This document shows, one piece after another, positions 36,826 to 47,018 of a DNA stretch of 64,000 bases. This DNA is from Candidatus Bathyarchaeota archaeon (GTDB lineage Archaea > Thermoproteota > Bathyarchaeia > Bathyarchaeales > Bathycorpusculaceae), in the NCBI GenBank assembly GCA_963714725.1, contig CAVQPF010000015.1, positions 50,213 through 114,212 on the forward strand, given 5' to 3'. The position numbers and the translations under genes were made by a program. The notes under the pieces are model-generated. The model made no database searches. It saw only the letters and a program-made list of their open reading frames with translations, and was not told the DNA's origin. Every line of letters begins with the position of its first letter. The stretch's first letter is position 1.

Positions 36826-37281
36826 TTATATTTCTTTTTCCGAAATCCAATATTCCTTTTGGATGCCATCCAATTTGGTTATTAACTCTTTTTTAAAAAC
36901 GGGAGCTTCATTTTTGTATCTCTCTACAGCATCGAATAAAACTGGAAACACATCACTTCTATGTGAGCCGGCAACAGAAACATAAACTAAATCTTCACCT
37001 ACTTCAAACTCGCCTAATAAATGATGAATTTGAACATTAACTATCCCTTTTTTCACGGCTAGTTCCCTACAAATATTCAATAAAATTTCATTTGCTTTTT
37101 CTTCATAAGCCTCAAGTTTGAGTTTTTGAACTTTTTCTCCATTAATTGTTACGCCACGAACGATCCCTATAAATTGAGCTATAGCTCCGGCTTTTGAATA
37201 ATTATCGCTCATAGTCGTATTTTTAATTAAATCAACAACCGAAAAATCTCCTTTTTTATGAACTCCAGCTTGATAACTCAA
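36826..37281 (-). CDS. moaE: Molybdopterin synthase catalytic subunit MoaE
   Basis: 'GAIAQFIGIVRG', 'VSVAGSHRSDVFPVLFDAVERYKNEAPVFKKE' MoaE signature. Confidence 0.7.
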   Translation of the reverse strand: MSYQAGVHKKGDFSVVDLIKNTTMSDNYSKAGAIAQFIGIVRGVTINGEKVQKLKLEAYEEKANEILLNICRELAVKKGIVNVQIHHLLGEFEVGEDLVYVSVAGSHRSDVFPVLFDAVERYKNEAPVFKKELITKLDGIQKEYWISEKEI

Positions 37282-37402
37282 GTAAATTCCTCTTATCTAA
37301 AAATATATAATCATTGTAATATTTTCATCTCTAAAGAAGTTTCGTTTTATAAGAATATGGCTTAAGAAAAATAGACAATAGCCTTCTCACGCAGAAAAGA
37401 GT

Positions 37403-38041
37403 TTATTGTTCTATAATAACTTCTTCGCGAACTTCAATTGGTTGCTCGGGTTGGGCTAATAGTTTAGATTTATTAATGCCTACATGTCTAAGAGGCGCAA
37501 CTTTTTTTGCTTCGTTATAAACGTCTGAAGCTATTTTTCCTAAAACAACTTCTTGGACAAAAGAATCCAAGTTTAAAGCCGCAGCTTTTTCTTTTACAGT
37601 TTTATCCATTATTCCTCGAATAATTTTTTCTTGAGATGTCTTTATTCTTGAAAGCGTTAATGCTGAAACTGAAATTCTAAGTTTGTATCCATCCTTAGTT
37701 GCTAAATTAAATAGACCACTCACTTTTGTTGTTCTTCTTCTAACAAGACTTCTCATGTAATCTCGTGAATATTCGTGTCCTTTAAAAATTGTGTGAGCTG
37801 TTTTTCCTTCAAGGTTGCTTATTTGGAAGAACATCTTAAGATTTTGATGAGAAAAATCACTTGTAATGTCATATAATGTTGCTTCTACAATTCTCCCAAT
37901 TAGCTGTTCTGGATCAGCTGCAGGTATGTTACCTAATTCAACGTTTCCAAAAAACGAAGGCGCTAACGTCATGTACCAAGATTTCCCTCGCCATTTATCT
38001 CGAACGTGTCTACTTCTACCCTTTTTTCCTTTTGAAGACAA
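37403..38041 (-). CDS. rps3ae: 30S ribosomal protein S3Ae (eS1)
   Basis: 'KGKKGRSRHVRDKWRGKSWYMTLAPSFFG...IGRIVEATLYDIT' typical of S3Ae. Confidence 0.75.
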   Translation of the reverse strand: MSSKGKKGRSRHVRDKWRGKSWYMTLAPSFFGNVELGNIPAADPEQLIGRIVEATLYDITSDFSHQNLKMFFQISNLEGKTAHTIFKGHEYSRDYMRSLVRRRTTKVSGLFNLATKDGYKLRISVSALTLSRIKTSQEKIIRGIMDKTVKEKAAALNLDSFVQEVVLGKIASDVYNEAKKVAPLRHVGINKSKLLAQPEQPIEVREEVIIEQ

Positions 38042-38097
38042 TTTTATCCTCCAAACGTGCCAACATCATTCTCAGAGCTGTATTAAAAGGTTTACCG

Positions 38098-39381
38098 TTA
38101 AAGACTTATCTTCTCTATATTACCCATATATTTTCTTAAAACTTCGGGTACTAAAACTGATCCATCCTGTTGCTGAAAATTCTCTAATAGTGCTACGATC
38201 ATTCTTCCTGTCGCTGTTGCAGTGGAATTTAAAGTATGCACAAATCCTTTTGTGGGTGCTCCTTCTTTTTCTCTATATCTAATATCTAATCTTCTAGCTT
38301 GATAATCAGTACAGTTGCTGCATGAAACAACTTCTCTGTAAGCTTTTTGTGCTGGCATCCAAACTTCTATGTCATACTTCTTTGCTGCTACCGTACCAAT
38401 ATCTCCTGTGCAAACATTAACTATGCGATAAGGAAGCCCAATTTTTTTCACTATGGTCTCTGCATTATTTATTAGTTCTTCGTGAAGTCTCCAAGACATT
38501 TCAGGTGTACAAAAAATAAATTGTTCTATTTTATTGAATTGATGAGTTCTGAAAATCCCGCGTGTATCTTTTCCATGAGAACCTGCCTCTTTTCTAAAGC
38601 ATGTGCTTATGCCTGCAAATTTTATTGGTAATTCATCCTCTTTTAATACTTCTTTCATAAACATTGCTGCAATTGGATGCTCAGAAGTCGCGATTAAATA
38701 CAAGTTTTCTCTCTCAATTTTATATAACACTTCTTCAAAATCGTCAAGTGATGTTACTCCTTCATAAGCCTCTTTTCTCATTAAGAGAGGTGTTTCTATA
38801 GGTAAATACCCCTTTTTGGCTATAATTTCTAGAGCAAAATTTGTTAGTGCTAAATCTAAAAGTGCTCCTTTTCCTTTTAGATAAAAAAATCTGGCTCCAG
38901 CAACTTTTCCAGCTCTTTCAATATCAATTATTTTTAGATCTGTTCCTAACTCAATATGGTTCCTAACAGGAAAATTAAACTCTGGTATTTCTCCCCATTT
39001 TCTTACTTGTATATTTCCTTTATCATCTTTTCCAATAGGTACAGATTCGTCTAATAAGTTTGGAATTCTCAAAAGATATTTATTTATTTTATCTTTTGAA
39101 TCCATTTCTTCACTATTAATTTTTTTTATTTGATTATCGATTTCTTTGGCTTTCTCAATTTGTTCTGCAGCTTCTTTTTTCATCTTTTTTAAAGAAGCTA
39201 TTTCTTTTGTAACCATTTTTCTCTGATGTCGAAGTTTATTCAATTCTGTTAGTTGAGTTCGCCATTTTTTATCCAATATAATTAACTTATCCAACATTTT
39301 GATATGTTCTATGTTTCCCCTTCTTGAGAGATTATTCTTTACCATCTCTGGATTTTCTCGGATAAGTTTGATGTCTAGCAT
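38098..39381 (-). CDS. serS: Seryl-tRNA synthetase (standard bacterial/eukaryal type)
   Basis: N-terminal coiled coil. Class-II motifs: motif 2 'FRKEAGSHGKDTRGIFRTHQFNKIEQ', motif 3 'GRMIVALLENFQ'. Confidence 0.85.
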   Translation of the reverse strand: MLDIKLIRENPEMVKNNLSRRGNIEHIKMLDKLIILDKKWRTQLTELNKLRHQRKMVTKEIASLKKMKKEAAEQIEKAKEIDNQIKKINSEEMDSKDKINKYLLRIPNLLDESVPIGKDDKGNIQVRKWGEIPEFNFPVRNHIELGTDLKIIDIERAGKVAGARFFYLKGKGALLDLALTNFALEIIAKKGYLPIETPLLMRKEAYEGVTSLDDFEEVLYKIERENLYLIATSEHPIAAMFMKEVLKEDELPIKFAGISTCFRKEAGSHGKDTRGIFRTHQFNKIEQFIFCTPEMSWRLHEELINNAETIVKKIGLPYRIVNVCTGDIGTVAAKKYDIEVWMPAQKAYREVVSCSNCTDYQARRLDIRYREKEGAPTKGFVHTLNSTATATGRMIVALLENFQQQDGSVLVPEVLRKYMGNIEKISL

Positions 39382-39527
39382 TTATATCACACTATATCTG
39401 TCTTTAATCTGAGTATAATTTTAGCTACTACTCCTATTAATAAAGAAATATTGTTTAATCTTATTCCTAAAAATGAAAAAATAAAAAAAAATTTAGTTGT
39501 TTAAATTTACTATCTCTTACATTGTAC

Positions 39528-39842
39528 TCATGCAGTTTTTGTCATCGTTATTTCCATCGTTGAAACCATTCTAGACCTATTTTCTCCATCTCTTGGTGGC
39601 ATTTCAGCAGTACCAATGGCTATCTTGGTAACCTTTAAGTCTTTAATAAATCTATTATGGGTAATTTCGGCTACATCAACAGCTGTGGTTATCGCTTGGC
39701 CTCGAGCTTTTAGAGTTATTTTTTTTAGATTTCCTTGAGATAGACTGGTAATTATAGCTAAAACATAGCTCATAGGGGGTTTATTTCCAACGAATATAAC
39801 GTCTGTATTTTCAGTCATTTTCTTCACTCCTTTATGTATCAA
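39528..39842 (-). CDS. albA: DNA/RNA-binding protein Alba
   Basis: 'VIFVGNKPPMSYVLAIITSLSQG...KARGQAITTAVDVAEI' Alba fold signature. True start may be the internal Met ('MTENTD...'). Confidence 0.7.
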   Translation of the reverse strand: MIHKGVKKMTENTDVIFVGNKPPMSYVLAIITSLSQGNLKKITLKARGQAITTAVDVAEITHNRFIKDLKVTKIAIGTAEMPPRDGENRSRMVSTMEITMTKTA

Positions 39843-40049
39843 TTTTTGTAACTCTATCTACTATATATTTGTGTCTCTGATAGTACGTTACTGCCTCCTA
39901 TTACTATGTTCATACTTATAAATTCGTTGAGATTTTTGTTTCACCCTACTAGTAGAATAGTTGAAAATATTTTCATATTCATTTTGCCTTCTCTTCAAAA
40001 TAACATAAATTGAAATGGTTTTTTATTTGATCACTATTGATTTATTATT

Positions 40050-40697
40050 TTGGCACAGACCATCTTAAATAATAAATTATCACATACCCACTACAGAATA
40101 AAATTGCTTTCCAAACTGAAAGAAAAAGTTCAGACTCTGCTATCAGCTGAAGCAAGAATAGCATACAAATTAGGGTTAACTCCAAATATTGTTAGTGTGT
40201 TAGGTATTCTGTTTTCTCTATTTTCAGCGATTGTTTTTTCGTTTTCACTCAATCAACGATGGTTCCTTATAATCGCCACAGTTTTACTTATGATTTCAGG
40301 GTTTTGTGATGTATTAGATGGGATTCTGGCTAGAACCTACCAGCAAGAAACTATTTTTGGCAGTTTTTTTGATTCACTATTGGATAGATACTCCGATTCT
40401 GTTATTTATATTGGAATAATCTTAGGTGGTTTATGTGAACCTCTTTGGGGGTTTTTCGCTCTAACTGGTTCTTTATTAGTCAGTTATAGTCGAGCTAAAG
40501 CTGAGACAATCGGAATAAAAATGATTTCAATAGGCATCATGGAAAGAGCCGAACGATTAATTCTTTTAATGACTTCAAGTATTATCGCGTTCTTTTGGCT
40601 ACCCGCTCTAAATATTGGAATAATAGCTTTGGCCATTTTAGCCAATCTCACTGTTTTAGAAAGAGGATTACATACTTATAAAATGTTAAAAAAATAG
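40050..40697 (+). CDS. CDP-alcohol phosphatidyltransferase family protein (archaeal lipid head-group synthase)
   Basis: 'CDVLDGILAR...FFDSLLDRYSD' D-G-x2-A-R...D-x3-D motif. Multiple TM helices. TAG stop. Confidence 0.65.
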   Translation: MAQTILNNKLSHTHYRIKLLSKLKEKVQTLLSAEARIAYKLGLTPNIVSVLGILFSLFSAIVFSFSLNQRWFLIIATVLLMISGFCDVLDGILARTYQQETIFGSFFDSLLDRYSDSVIYIGIILGGLCEPLWGFFALTGSLLVSYSRAKAETIGIKMISIGIMERAERLILLMTSSIIAFFWLPALNIGIIALAILANLTVLERGLHTYKMLKK

Positions 40698-40703
40698 TTA
40701 AAA

Positions 40704-40994
40704 TTAACGTCTTCTTCTTATTCGTGAATGTCTTTCATTTTCAGACCTAACTTTTACAATTCCCCTATGAACAGCACATGATATACAATACCATTTAGTG
40801 TCGCTCCAAGAAGCTAAATATGTTCCTTGTGCTCGTAATTCTTTAGCCAATTGATGTTCTACTAAAGAAACTCTTCTAGTAGATCTTTTTGCTTTATCAC
40901 GTGGTACCACTTGTCCACAACTTCCACATTGTACTGTAGTTCCGCTTCCTTTACTTCCTTTTGATCTTCCTCGACTTTTTCGCTTAAATGGCAC
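40704..40994 (-). CDS. rps26e: 30S ribosomal protein S26e
   Basis: 'VQCGSCGQVVPRDKA' and 'YCISCAVHRGIVKVRS' match the S26e zinc-binding pattern. Confidence 0.7.
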   Translation of the reverse strand: MPFKRKSRGRSKGSKGSGTTVQCGSCGQVVPRDKAKRSTRRVSLVEHQLAKELRAQGTYLASWSDTKWYCISCAVHRGIVKVRSENERHSRIRRRR

Positions 40995-41041
40995 TTTTTT
41001 GTCCTCTTTTAGATCTAACTTGAATTAGTAATTTTACTGCC

Positions 41042-41959
41042 TTATATATTTGATCGTATCTTCAAGAGATAAGCAATGTTGGCTTTTCTATCAATTTTGG
41101 GAGTTATTTTTCCTAAGGCAGAAGTCATTAAACTTGTGATTCCCGGACCATGACCTGCGCTGACACAATTTGTGTGAACTACTATTCCAATGGATATAGC
41201 TCCTTGCCGGTATATTCTCCCAAAAGAGTGATCTGCATCCTTTATCGCTACTAAATCTCCAAGTTTTAAATTATCCAACTTATATTCTTCAATCATTTTT
41301 TTGTCAAACATTTGAATATCATAATCTCCAGAATGAACATGATTTGCTCCTAATCCTGAACCCATTATTGCCGCTGGAATAATATGCGTAACAGGCACCT
41401 GAACTTTTCCATTAATCTCTTGAGGATTCATAACTTCTAAAAACTTTGGGTCCATATTCATTATTCTAATTTCGGGGTGATCAACTAGTTTTAATCCGAC
41501 TCCGAAAGCTTTTATCAGGATTTTATCACCTGGGATTAACTTGTCTAATGTATCTGCTTGAAAGTCAACTAGAATATGTTCTATCCCTCCATGTTTTCCT
41601 GTAACAATTCCAACGGCCCCTTTTGCATCACCGTTAACGATTGTGGCTTTGTTGCCGATACATGAAAACACGTTAAATGCAGTATTTGCCGCATTTCCAT
41701 ATCGTAAATCATTCTCTTTATTTTCTACACTAACGCCTGGCTCAACGTGATCAGCTTCCCAACCACATGCTAGATCTCCAACTCTCAGATTGTATGTTAT
41801 TCCTCCAACTCCAGGAAAAATTAGTGGTATACCATTGGCTGAAATCCTATAGACCCCTTTACTCACTATGGGACTAGAGACTTCTCCTATAACTGATATT
41901 TTTATGAGTTTGTTAGCATTTGTTTTTATCACTTTTATTCCTCTTTTATTTAGATGCAA
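41042..41959 (-). CDS. Conserved hypothetical protein (Gly-rich beta-type repeats)
   Basis: 305 aa with 'GHGPGITSL' and 'HSGDYDIQMFD'. No confident family assignment. Confidence 0.3.
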   Translation of the reverse strand: MHLNKRGIKVIKTNANKLIKISVIGEVSSPIVSKGVYRISANGIPLIFPGVGGITYNLRVGDLACGWEADHVEPGVSVENKENDLRYGNAANTAFNVFSCIGNKATIVNGDAKGAVGIVTGKHGGIEHILVDFQADTLDKLIPGDKILIKAFGVGLKLVDHPEIRIMNMDPKFLEVMNPQEINGKVQVPVTHIIPAAIMGSGLGANHVHSGDYDIQMFDKKMIEEYKLDNLKLGDLVAIKDADHSFGRIYRQGAISIGIVVHTNCVSAGHGPGITSLMTSALGKITPKIDRKANIAYLLKIRSNI

Positions 41960-42105
41960 TTATACTTCAAAGATTAATAAAATATCTATAGAACTTCTAA
42001 ACTTATATTATCCGTTTATTATGCTTAGGAACTCTTAAATGTCTGATTATTGCTTTTGACTTGTGAAAGCCAGAATCTGAATAAATTGGATGAGACGTAT
42101 TTGTC

Positions 42106-42687
42106 ATGTCAGAAATTGGATTAACTTCAAAAATGCTTGTAAGAGACGTGATGTCAAGTCCAGTAGTGACCTTAAACGAATTTGTAAAATCCAACAAAGT
42201 TGCAAAAATAATGGCTGATAAAGCTCTTGGTTGTGTCATTGTTACAAACAAACTCGGGAAACCTGTTGGCATCATTACTGAACGTGATCTTGTTCAAAGA
42301 GTTTTGGCTAAAAATCTAGTTCCGGATACCATAGAAGCAAAGTCAATAATGACTTCGCCTTTGGTGACCATTTCTCCTGAAGCTACAGTAACTGACGCAG
42401 CAAAGCAAATGAACAACCTAAATATTAGGAGACTAGGTGTGCTCTACAAAGGATCTTTGAATGGTATAGTTACTAGTAAAGATGTTTTAGGAGTCATGCC
42501 TGAATTAATTGAAATAATTCAAGAGAAAACGCTTATTGGCTGTTCTACAGAAATAGATCAAAATGAGGAACTTTCTTCTCCACCTATGTCTGGATACTGT
42601 GATAATTGCGATGGCTACTCTGAAAACTTGGAATTAATTAATGGCGAAAACGTTTGTGAAGACTGTCGTATTGACTTAGAAGCTTAA
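42106..42687 (+). CDS. CBS-domain pair protein with C-terminal zinc ribbon
   Basis: Two CBS repeats ('VRDVMSSPVVTL...', 'AKSIMTSPLVTI...') and 'CDNCDG...CEDC'. Confidence 0.55.
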   Translation: MSEIGLTSKMLVRDVMSSPVVTLNEFVKSNKVAKIMADKALGCVIVTNKLGKPVGIITERDLVQRVLAKNLVPDTIEAKSIMTSPLVTISPEATVTDAAKQMNNLNIRRLGVLYKGSLNGIVTSKDVLGVMPELIEIIQEKTLIGCSTEIDQNEELSSPPMSGYCDNCDGYSENLELINGENVCEDCRIDLEA

Positions 42688-42764
42688 TATCCAAAATTTT
42701 TTTAATTAATTCGATTAACTTTTCGAATTGAATACTTTTTTATTTCTAACTATAGCTATTTTAA

Positions 42765-44126
42765 TTGAAGCGAAATACTTTGATTGTCGATTCTGTTCTA
42801 ACTAATGCTAGAGCGTATATAGATCAAGAACTTGTTCAATGTAGCATTGCTATAGAAAATGGTAAAATCTTCAAGATTTCCAAAGAAACTCACATGCCTA
42901 AATCAGACAAAAAAATTAACTTGAACAATTTTCTTGTTTTGCCTGGCTTAATTGATCCTCATGTACACCTTCGTAGCGAAGGAAAATCCTACAAAGAAGA
43001 TTTCTACTCTGGAACTGCTGCCGCAGCCGCAGGAGGTTTTACAACAGTTCTAGATATGCCTAACAATCTACCTGTAACTTGTAGCAGTCAAACATTGAAA
43101 AATCGAATAAAAATTGCAGAAAATCGTATTTTGGTCAATGTTGGTTTTTACTCAGAATTTCCAAGAGATATTCTCGAACTACCAGAAATTGTCAATGAAG
43201 GTGCTATAGCTTTTAAGCTATTCATGGCTCATCAAATTGGAGGTCTAGATGTAGATTTAGATCTCTCTCTTCAAAAAGCTCTTGCTAAAGTTAATGAATT
43301 AGATATTCCTTTTGCTGTTCATGCTGAAGATAAGACTTTATTATTCTTAAATGAAAAAAAACTGAAAAATTCCAATAAAAACGATTTTAAGGCTTTTTTA
43401 AAAGCCCACTCTGAAGAAGTTGAATATTTCGCTATTGAACGCTTACTCAGGTTAAATGAGGAAATAGGTGCTCATTTACATTTTTGTCACATATCAACAA
43501 TGAAAGGCTTAACCTTAATAAAAAACGCAAAAGAAATCAATACGAAGATAACCTGTGAGATAACTCCTAATCATCTTTTTTTGTCAAATAATGCCTTTGA
43601 TCGTTATGGTTCATTATTGGTTATGATGCCTCCTCCTCGAAGTGAGAATACTGTAGCTGCTCTCTGGAACGCAATAAGGAATGGTTGGGTTGATGTCTTT
43701 GGATCTGATCATGCTCCTCACTCTGTAACCGAAAAAATGAATACAAATATTTGGGATGTTAAAGTAGGGTTACCTGGTCTAGAGACATCTTTACCTTTGT
43801 TGTTAACAATGGTAAATAAACGTCTTCTAACTATTGGGGATATAGTTTTACTCTTTTCAGAAAATCCTGCAAGAATTTTCAAGCTACCTAGCCTTGGGTC
43901 TATAGAAAAAGGAAAAAATGCTGATCTTACAGTTATTGATTTTAAAAAGAAATTCAAAATTGATGCTTCAACATTTAATTCAAAAGCCAAATATTCACCT
44001 TATGATGGCTGGGAAGTTCAGGGATCTCCTGTGAAAACTTTTGTTAATGGAACTTTAGTTATGGAAGACCAAATGATTATAGCACACAAAGGTAGCGGGT
44101 CTATTATAAAGAGAGCTGTCAAATAA
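42765..44126 (+). CDS. pyrC: Dihydroorotase (cyclic amidohydrolase)
   Basis: 'LPGLIDPHVHLR', 'GGFTTVLDMPNN', 'FAVHAED' and 'GSDHAPH' metal-binding motifs. Confidence 0.7.
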   Translation: MKRNTLIVDSVLTNARAYIDQELVQCSIAIENGKIFKISKETHMPKSDKKINLNNFLVLPGLIDPHVHLRSEGKSYKEDFYSGTAAAAAGGFTTVLDMPNNLPVTCSSQTLKNRIKIAENRILVNVGFYSEFPRDILELPEIVNEGAIAFKLFMAHQIGGLDVDLDLSLQKALAKVNELDIPFAVHAEDKTLLFLNEKKLKNSNKNDFKAFLKAHSEEVEYFAIERLLRLNEEIGAHLHFCHISTMKGLTLIKNAKEINTKITCEITPNHLFLSNNAFDRYGSLLVMMPPPRSENTVAALWNAIRNGWVDVFGSDHAPHSVTEKMNTNIWDVKVGLPGLETSLPLLLTMVNKRLLTIGDIVLLFSENPARIFKLPSLGSIEKGKNADLTVIDFKKKFKIDASTFNSKAKYSPYDGWEVQGSPVKTFVNGTLVMEDQMIIAHKGSGSIIKRAVK

Positions 44127-44273
44127 ATTAGATAAAAATAATAATATTTGAGCCTAACTAGAGGCTCGGTATGTTAGGATCTTTTGATCTTGTTAATAAT
44201 TCTATAGAAATAGAACTCTCACTGGAAACATTAGGCTTGATCTTTAACTAAAGTTATAACTTTTCCGTTAAAT

Positions 44274-44525
44274 CTAGTTATAAAGCCATTTTAATGGAAT
44301 ATCTTGATACGTGCAATCAGGCAAAGTTCTTCTTATTGTTATTGGCAGAATTTTTGCGTTAAGCTCTTTTATTGCAATATCTATTGGGTTTGTATCCTTT
44401 TCGGTTACTTCTATCAATATTGGTGCTCCCATTGAAATTTGAAGTGATCTAGCTCCTACTATTCTAGCTTTCTCAAATCTAGTTATTTTTGGGGGTCCGA
44501 TGATAATCTCTTCTTTTTTTGACAT
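44274..44525 (-). CDS. rpoK: DNA-directed RNA polymerase subunit K (Rpo6, Rpb6-like)
   Basis: 'TRFEKARIVGARSLQISMGAPILI' RpoK signature. Sits 2 nt upstream of the thermosome gene. Confidence 0.7.
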   Translation of the reverse strand: MSKKEEIIIGPPKITRFEKARIVGARSLQISMGAPILIEVTEKDTNPIDIAIKELNAKILPITIRRTLPDCTYQDIPLKWLYN

Positions 44526-44527
44526 GG

Positions 44528-46189
44528 TTAATATTCTCCAGCGCCTGGGTATCCTCCCGGAGCTCCTCCTGGTGGCATTGGTGGTGCTTTCATTTTGCTA
44601 GCCGCAAGAATGTCATCTATCTTCAAAATTAATGAAGCAGCTTCAGTTGCTGATTTTATTATTTGTTTTTTAACTGCCAATGGTTCGAAAACGCCTATCT
44701 TAGACATATCCTGAACCTTTCCTGACATGACTTCAATTCCAGCCCATTTTTCCCCTTTCTCATGTCTTGATCTTAGTTCTGATAAAATATCTATAGGATC
44801 TAATCCAGCGTTTTCTGTTAATGTTATTGTTATTGCTTCTAAAGCTTCAGCAAAAATTCTTACTGCTATTTGTTCCCTTCCAGGCAAAGTTTCTGCGTAT
44901 TTTTTTAATACATTTGCCATTTCTAGTTCAGGAGCGCTACCGCCTGCTAAAATTTTAGGTTCTTCTAGTATATCTTTTATTACGCATAAAGCGTCATGCA
45001 ATGAACGTTCTGCTTCGGCTGTCAACCTTTGCGTGCTTCCTCGAATCAAAATTGTAACTGCTTTTGGATTTTTACAACCCTCGATAAACGTCATTTTATC
45101 TTCTCCTATTTTTCTTTCCTCAACCAAAGCTGCATAACCGAGATCCTTTGATGTAATAGCAGATAGGTTTGTTACAATAGTGCCTCCAGTGGCTTTTGCT
45201 AGTTTTTCCATGTCTGACTTTTTAGCTCGACGAATTGCAATTATTCCTTTTTTAGAAAGGAAATGTTGCGCCATATCATCAATTCCTTTTTGACATATTA
45301 CAACTTTAGCCCCTGACTCGACAATTTTATCTGTCATTTCTCTAATGATGCTTTCTTCTTGATTAAGAAACGCATCAATTTGTTCAGGGGTTTCAATATT
45401 GATTTTTGCGTCTATCTCTGTTTTTTTGACCTCTAATGCTGAGTCAAGAAGCGCAATTTTGGCTTTTTCCACTCTTTTAGCCATTCCTGAATGCACAATT
45501 TCTTTATCAAGTATTATTCCATTTACTAATGAGGTGTCTTTCAAGGATTCACCAGTTTTTTTTTCAACTTTGACATCTTCTACATCTGCTTTGAATTTTA
45601 GTCCATCTTTAACTGCAACTGCTAGCATTGCTTTAACTGCCATTTCGGCCAAAAACTCTTTTTGTTCAGAAACAGTTTTGCTGGCCATTGACGTTATTGC
45701 AGCCTTTATTAGATAGTCTGTGTTTTTCAAATTTACAGGTATAGCCATTTTTTCAAGAGTCTCTAGTGCATTTGAGGCTGCTTTTTTATAGCCATCTATA
45801 ATTATTGTAGGGTGAATATTTTTATCAATGAGTTCTTCAGCTTTATTTAGCAACTCACCAGCGATTATAACTGCAGAGGTAGTTCCATCACCGGCTTCTT
45901 TATCTTGTGTTTTTGCGACTTCCACAAGCATCTTTGCTGCTGGATGTTCAATTTCCATTTCATCTAAAATAGTGCGTCCATCACTTGTTATGGTTACATC
46001 TCCAAAGCTACTTACCAACATTTTATCCATGCCTTTTGGTCCTAAGGCAGATCTTACACTCTCAGCTACTATTTTCACTGCAGTTATGTTGGCGTGTTGT
46101 GCCTCTCTTCCGCGAGATCGGTTAGAACCTTCTTTTAATACAATAACTGGAACTCCGCCAGCTTGTCCAGGTGCAGACAAATTATACAT
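44528..46189 (-). CDS. ths: Thermosome subunit (group II chaperonin, CCT/TCP-1 family)
   Basis: '[11 protein letters not shown]', '[15 protein letters not shown]', '[16 protein letters not shown]'. C-terminal '[11 protein letters not shown]' tail. Start taken at the second Met of the ORF. Confidence 0.9.
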   Translation of the reverse strand: MYNLSAPGQAGGVPVIVLKEGSNRSRGREAQHANITAVKIVAESVRSALGPKGMDKMLVSSFGDVTITSDGRTILDEMEIEHPAAKMLVEVAKTQDKEAGDGTTSAVIIAGELLNKAEELIDKNIHPTIIIDGYKKAASNALETLEKMAIPVNLKNTDYLIKAAITSMASKTVSEQKEFLAEMAVKAMLAVAVKDGLKFKADVEDVKVEKKTGESLKDTSLVNGIILDKEIVHSGMAKRVEKAKIALLDSALEVKKTEIDAKINIETPEQIDAFLNQEESIIREMTDKIVESGAKVVICQKGIDDMAQHFLSKKGIIAIRRAKKSDMEKLAKATGGTIVTNLSAITSKDLGYAALVEERKIGEDKMTFIEGCKNPKAVTILIRGSTQRLTAEAERSLHDALCVIKDILEEPKILAGGSAPELEMANVLKKYAETLPGREQIAVRIFAEALEAITITLTENAGLDPIDILSELRSRHEKGEKWAGIEVMSGKVQDMSKIGVFEPLAVKKQIIKSATEAASLILKIDDILAASKMKAPPMPPGGAPGGYPGAGEY

Positions 46190-46323
46190 AATCTCCTTAA
46201 TGCGCACAAAAACAAAACATGTTACCCATATAAATTTTTCTAAAGCATAATGTTAGACTTTGCTTTAGTGTTTTGGTTCCTTTTTTTATAAATTAATTAT
46301 TTTTTAGTGGTTCTTTAACTTTT

Positions 46324-46827
46324 TTAATAGATAGAAACTTTATCTACACCTGAAATTTTTAGTAATTCAGGAATTAGTTTACCTGGAATTTTTTTTTCTA
46401 CTATTATTGTAAGTTTTGGTTCAGGTGAAAGTTCAGGGTCATCTACAATTGCTTGTCTAATACTTAGTGAGTTTTGAGTTAGAATCATTGCAGCTTTAGC
46501 CAATATTCCAGTTTTTTTCGCATCTGTAGGAGTAATTTCAACAACTCCCAAATCTAAATGTTTGGCAATTCTTTTTAATGAATGACCTGCTGGTCTTAAT
46601 TCTTCAAAAATTAATCTTAGTTTTCGGTTTGCTTGGATTATTTTTAGGGTTTCATTTACAGTTCGTCTGTCTACTTTGGCACTTCGTGCAATTCTGACTG
46701 GTGGAATTTCGATTTGGTTAAGATATATTTTATTATTTTTTGCACATAATCCATTTTCCACTAAAACGCGAGCTACACGGAGGCGTTCAGGATATTGCTC
46801 TAAATATTTTTTAATATTATTCCACAT
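46324..46827 (-). CDS. COG2150-like predicted regulator (HTH plus ACT/RAM-like domain)
   Basis: 167 aa. N-terminal HTH-like segment and C-terminal ACT-like 'LTIIVEKKIPGKLIPELLKISG'. Confidence 0.4.
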   Translation of the reverse strand: MWNNIKKYLEQYPERLRVARVLVENGLCAKNNKIYLNQIEIPPVRIARSAKVDRRTVNETLKIIQANRKLRLIFEELRPAGHSLKRIAKHLDLGVVEITPTDAKKTGILAKAAMILTQNSLSIRQAIVDDPELSPEPKLTIIVEKKIPGKLIPELLKISGVDKVSIY

Positions 46828-47018
46828 AAAATTTTCCTAATGCACTCTTTTGTTCATCTTGGTATAAATATGCTCCTTAAATTCTTAAAAATAAAACCAG
46901 TTACTCTCTCTTTTTTATTTTTTTTATTTAATTTAACTGATATCATGTACAAAAACATACACAAGACTTAATATTCTATTTTTGTAGGAATTACCTTTTG
47001 TATTTAGGAGAAAATTGT

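Noticed and set aside
44727-46250. Long ORFs antisense to the thermosome gene (44727..45137, 45399..45716, 45828..46250); likewise 232..597, 1553..1801, 20744..21067, 20294..20602
   Set aside because: They lie entirely inside strongly conserved genes on the opposite strand, have Ser/Ala/Leu-rich low-complexity translations and no motifs. They are typical shadow ORFs.
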